A stretch of DNA of 20,000 nucleotides from an uncultured virus (IMG/VR IMGVR_UViG_3300043908_006005) (Duplodnaviria; Heunggongvirae; Uroviricota; Caudoviricetes): the IMG/VR virus record IMGVR_UViG_3300043908_006005. One strand, 5' to 3'. Below the pieces are notes generated by a model. That model worked only from the letters and a program-made list of their open reading frames with translations, searched no databases and was not told where the DNA came from. Shown in pieces: positions 18,101 through 20,000 of this stretch (positions are counted from its first letter, which is position 1; the number at the start of each line of letters is the position of its first letter). Made by a program: the position numbers and the translations under genes.

Positions 18101-18625
18101 ATAGCCTTTATTGGAATCGTTTGTGAGTCCGGTTTTATCAAGACCAGAAGTGTACTGTGTGGAGGAGTCATACGTAGATTTTCCACTTGTCTGTAAGAAT
18201 AAATCGCTTTGCTTTTTTCTCTCAGAATTATAATCTTCTCCTGGCCAAGACTCTCTATCTTTAGATATTCCTGCAGAATCTTTAAGGTGAAACTTGTAGG
18301 TCTTTCCTCTTTCAAGGTATCCGTAGAACCTTGGATGTGTTATGATATTGTCATAGTGCCACCCTAACTCTGAAGTTGAACCAAAATAATTACCAGAAAA
18401 GCCGTCTTCATAATCTCTAGGGGCTAGAACAGGAGGCTCAGCATCGCTGGATGTGGGGTAAAAAGCAGCGGTGGTGTCACCATAATAACTATGGTCGCCA
18501 TCCCTAGATACAAAAAGAAAACAGTCCGCCGCACGAGTTCCTGCGGGGTCTCCGAACTCTTTTCTTGTGAATGTGTCTGTTAGTTGACCATCCCAAAACC
18601 AAAATGTTTTATCTGCTGTTGGCAT
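15128..18625 (-). CDS. Large adhesin-like virion protein (1165 aa) with Ca-binding DxDxDG repeats; paralog of the downstream 2609-aa protein
   Basis: SD-like AAGGA/TAAGGT upstream, no signal peptide. Contains LERGKTYKF...[16 protein letters not shown] and VYRGHTYVF...[10 protein letters not shown] modules, 10 DxDxDG-type motifs and a C-terminal YDPSETGPL...GGRFYFGF domain. Confidence 0.8.
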   Translation of the reverse strand: MPTADKTFWFWDGQLTDTFTRKEFGDPAGTRAADCFLFVSRDGDHSYYGDTTAAFYPTSSDAEPPVLAPRDYEDGFSGNYFGSTSELGWHYDNIITHPRFYGYLERGKTYKFHLKDSAGISKDRESWPGEDYNSERKKQSDLFLQTSGKSTYDSSTQYTSGLDKTGLTNDSNKGYTGTIVFTVPSDAPSVLYVRGNTYRDLALPREPKNSRGERISDGLSDYTYNTSWFTSNTEKAYFQVKRQGSMTTEKTGYTSSLEPFSEMKRGYNKNIFGYDTSSGGPGVVKDGGGTFVVQISDTINRNYDISVLDPTSLDSGSSITPIGYYNPSTYNNQSPNTLRQFQIGKQVFETPSGMSSPPTDSPQPIGTQNITVYRGHTYVFHFAGGVNAPCGPSWMNGYSVTQGPFSARTHVISQFSFRTTGGSEYTTNMTYYSPPLDEINNGKHEDILDYIRSPNTDSNRGIVERYIKHHVGKGIYIPDDVYTDRSKFSDLMRDCMASSGTLVWHVPADESESQLKIHNRTDGSSDASDIINIADVPGGAGQGTYDNQNPDTNDLPFPEAFFVIKDSIGFDLDDSDYDGIPDSVEGTTLDSDSDGIKDYLDRDSDNDGIPDSAEGGGTVNQSSMVPTDTDSDGTPDYLELDSDDDGISDRKESETGDSDFDGIPDYQETDSDADNIPDSVEGNIDTDHDGFPNRIDTDSDNDGLLDIDEGTGDSDNDGVPDYLDNPDTDVGSNTVHKTIWLYDSQRTEDGLGSEKIRWAKDYRYKDVGYGKYKSFPHVFKYHVKDGDHDIDDAPNTPPLYPETHVNHIEAPVPEPLTGHSGGTLSENWGHDIPAYGANPLRHSNFMFYNQDALVSVGFSNNSIDIEMTNTSGGPSSGLGKSCYAFLWNKDFYYDPSETGPLTALDFSADIVVNNNSSSNHHNSLVFVPVVYVGQGENNATPTPDFCYLPGYSSSLTGTYNLLDQWRQTWHHYGDNIGTTKDNWEEYGFMHPGAINTSATGATTQKIHRYYGKKKLRTYTSTIPRSAQRVLYGPGFDSSLGSGGGGGTAGVHTFWPLALGRLRWGSSYGKMQPSWDIGGRFYFGFLVAFINWKLTTGYDFRDAKNINFSVKDFKVGVESQLKTADWQNIQGYSNYSSRNNRWLTANQYYPTIPEGLYKPEKGGEDV
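16454..16906 (-). repeat. Thrombospondin type-3-like calcium-binding repeats (10 DxDxD[G/N] motifs)
   Basis: [42 protein letters not shown]...[27 protein letters not shown]. Confidence 0.9.
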
Positions 18626-18637
18626 ACCTTATCCTTA

Positions 18638-20000
18638 CTATGTAACGTCTCCTGCAGGTTTATTTACAGGGCTTTCTGGTTGATTGCCTTCTAACACAGA
18701 AACCACAGCCGTAATAACGTCTGCTTTGAATTTTTCCATTTCTTGTGGGTCTAATTTCATTCCGTTTTTAATTCCAGGAATTGTCATTTCGTGTTTGATT
18801 GTCTGTCCGCTGCCAAACTTTTCCGTAAAGTCATTTAAAGATTTGGTTAAGGCAGACTCTCCCTTTATTGCGTCGCTAAAGGCTTTGAATATATCGTTTC
18901 CAGACATCGCCTCTTTGATTTGACCAGCAAAATCTAGCCCAACAAGCGTATCTGTAAACGAATCGAAAGCATCTTTTATAGTGTTGGCGCCATCAGTAAG
19001 CTTGGTAAAATCAATAGGTTGTCCTTGTGGACCCTGGTTGATTTCTGGTTTCAGCGCACTAAAGATATTTTGCCAGTTATTCAGTTGCGGCGTTGGTTGC
19101 GATATTCCGCTAAAAGCAGGAGTTCCCATCCTTCTATATATAATACCTCCATCCCTAGCATATTGTCCACTATTTATTTGCTCTAAAAGACCCCTATGCC
19201 TATCAGTCATGGCTTTATTTACAACAAACTCTCCTGGAGTAAGCGCAGTAAGTCTGGTGTCTGTTGAACGAGCTAGTTCTCCGGCAGGAACTCCCGTTCC
19301 GTGACTTACGGGGCCTCCTGTCGAAATGCTTGCTCCAGCAGAACCCATTCCTGTTCCGCCTCCCTGTTCCAGTCTTGTTATTGGCCCTCCCGACTTTCTT
19401 GCAAGAATTAGTAATTCTGCTAGGTGCTTTTTCTCGTCTTTGCCGGACAGCATTGCCTCAAGTGTGCTTCTGTGCATCCCCATGTCGGTAATTTGACGAT
19501 TGTCTCGGTCGTAATTTTTATGTAATGCGTTTCGGTACTTCTGAATGTTTTTCCAGGACTGCCTAATGCTCGGGTTTCCGTCCTTATCCAGGCCCAAAGA
19601 GCTGTTCATTCTCGGTGTATTTCTATAAACATCTAAAATCTCTTCATTGCTTGCGCCCTTTTCAAGTTTTCCTAATGCTTCCAGAACATTTCGGTCGTTC
19701 ATTGCATTCCAGTCAGCAATAGTTCTCAATCTAGCCAAAAGCTCGTCGCCGCCGGTGGCATACTTTTGAAAATTAGTGCCTTTATCTTTTCCAAAAATCT
19801 CCCAGAAATCTTTTCGCTCTCCGGTTCCTGGCTTGCCCCTATCTTCCTTCCATTTTTCTTTTACACCCGTGTTTCTTCTGTAGCCTGCATAGGCTTTGTA
19901 AATATCGGGGCTCCTTTCCTTAAGCATCTTCAGGAATCCCTGGCGTTCCGGTTCAGGAAATGTCAGTCCGGTTGTAAGCTCGCCTTTCCCGAACTGCAAA
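18638..20000 (-). CDS. Phage tail tape measure protein, C-terminal part (start lies beyond the window)
   Basis: Frame is open to the window edge. Contains GGPV..GTG...TDT..TALTPGEFVVNK......LLEQINSG...GG (about 19166-19318), a motif typical of tape measure C-termini, followed by amphipathic Phe-spaced helical sequence. Ends with a double stop TAG TAA. Confidence 0.75.
   Translation of the reverse strand, partial: LQFGKGELTTGLTFPEPERQGFLKMLKERSPDIYKAYAGYRRNTGVKEKWKEDRGKPGTGERKDFWEIFGKDKGTNFQKYATGGDELLARLRTIADWNAMNDRNVLEALGKLEKGASNEEILDVYRNTPRMNSSLGLDKDGNPSIRQSWKNIQKYRNALHKNYDRDNRQITDMGMHRSTLEAMLSGKDEKKHLAELLILARKSGGPITRLEQGGGTGMGSAGASISTGGPVSHGTGVPAGELARSTDTRLTALTPGEFVVNKAMTDRHRGLLEQINSGQYARDGGIIYRRMGTPAFSGISQPTPQLNNWQNIFSALKPEINQGPQGQPIDFTKLTDGANTIKDAFDSFTDTLVGLDFAGQIKEAMSGNDIFKAFSDAIKGESALTKSLNDFTEKFGSGQTIKHEMTIPGIKNGMKLDPQEMEKFKADVITAVVSVLEGNQPESPVNKPAGDVT

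Noticed and set aside
7306..18625. Cellular secreted adhesin, RTX or PEP-CTERM surface-protein locus
   Set aside because: No signal peptides, GGxGxD RTX nonamers, C-terminal transmembrane/sorting signals or transporter genes. The context is a tape-measure-led operon.
15128..18640. Stop-codon reassignment (TAG readthrough) as in some large phages
   Set aside because: Very long ORFs are intact under code 11 with near-complete coding density, and both TAG stops fall at junctions with a new SD/ATG (one is followed directly by TAA).
96..19491. Numerous short plus-strand ORFs and nested alternative-frame minus-strand ORFs (60-136 aa)
   Set aside because: All lie wholly within or across long minus-strand CDS and read as antisense or frame shadows (for example the Cys/His/Leu-rich 10299..10709 opposite the Asp repeats). 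None has a recognisable domain.
19997..19999. TTG start of the 453-aa ORF given by the track
   Set aside because: Artifact of the window edge; the frame is open and the gene most likely begins upstream of the window.

Overview
The window is one tightly packed minus-strand gene cluster of 7 CDS (2 truncated by the window edges) in the standard genetic code, with a Shine-Dalgarno-like motif before every visible start. It most likely is the tail/virion module of a large tailed bacteriophage. In transcription order: the C-terminus of a probable tape measure protein; two giant paralogous adhesin-like proteins (1165 and 2609 aa) without signal peptides; a 623-aa and a 1319-aa protein in the positions expected for distal-tail and baseplate-hub proteins; and two Cys/Pro/acid-rich proteins, the last missed by the ORF track. 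The two giant proteins share modules in shuffled order: ligand-less cupredoxin-like domains, ten DxDxDG Ca-binding repeats each, and a 'YDP..G.I...PDF..GG.I.FGF' domain. The larger one adds a beta-helix/choice-of-anchor-Q-like region and a nested C-terminus in which a module with an intact type-1 copper ligand set (H...CxxHxxM) sits inside a LamG-like domain. All family assignments come from motif recognition by eye; no database search was run. No RNA genes, CRISPR arrays or mobile elements were seen.
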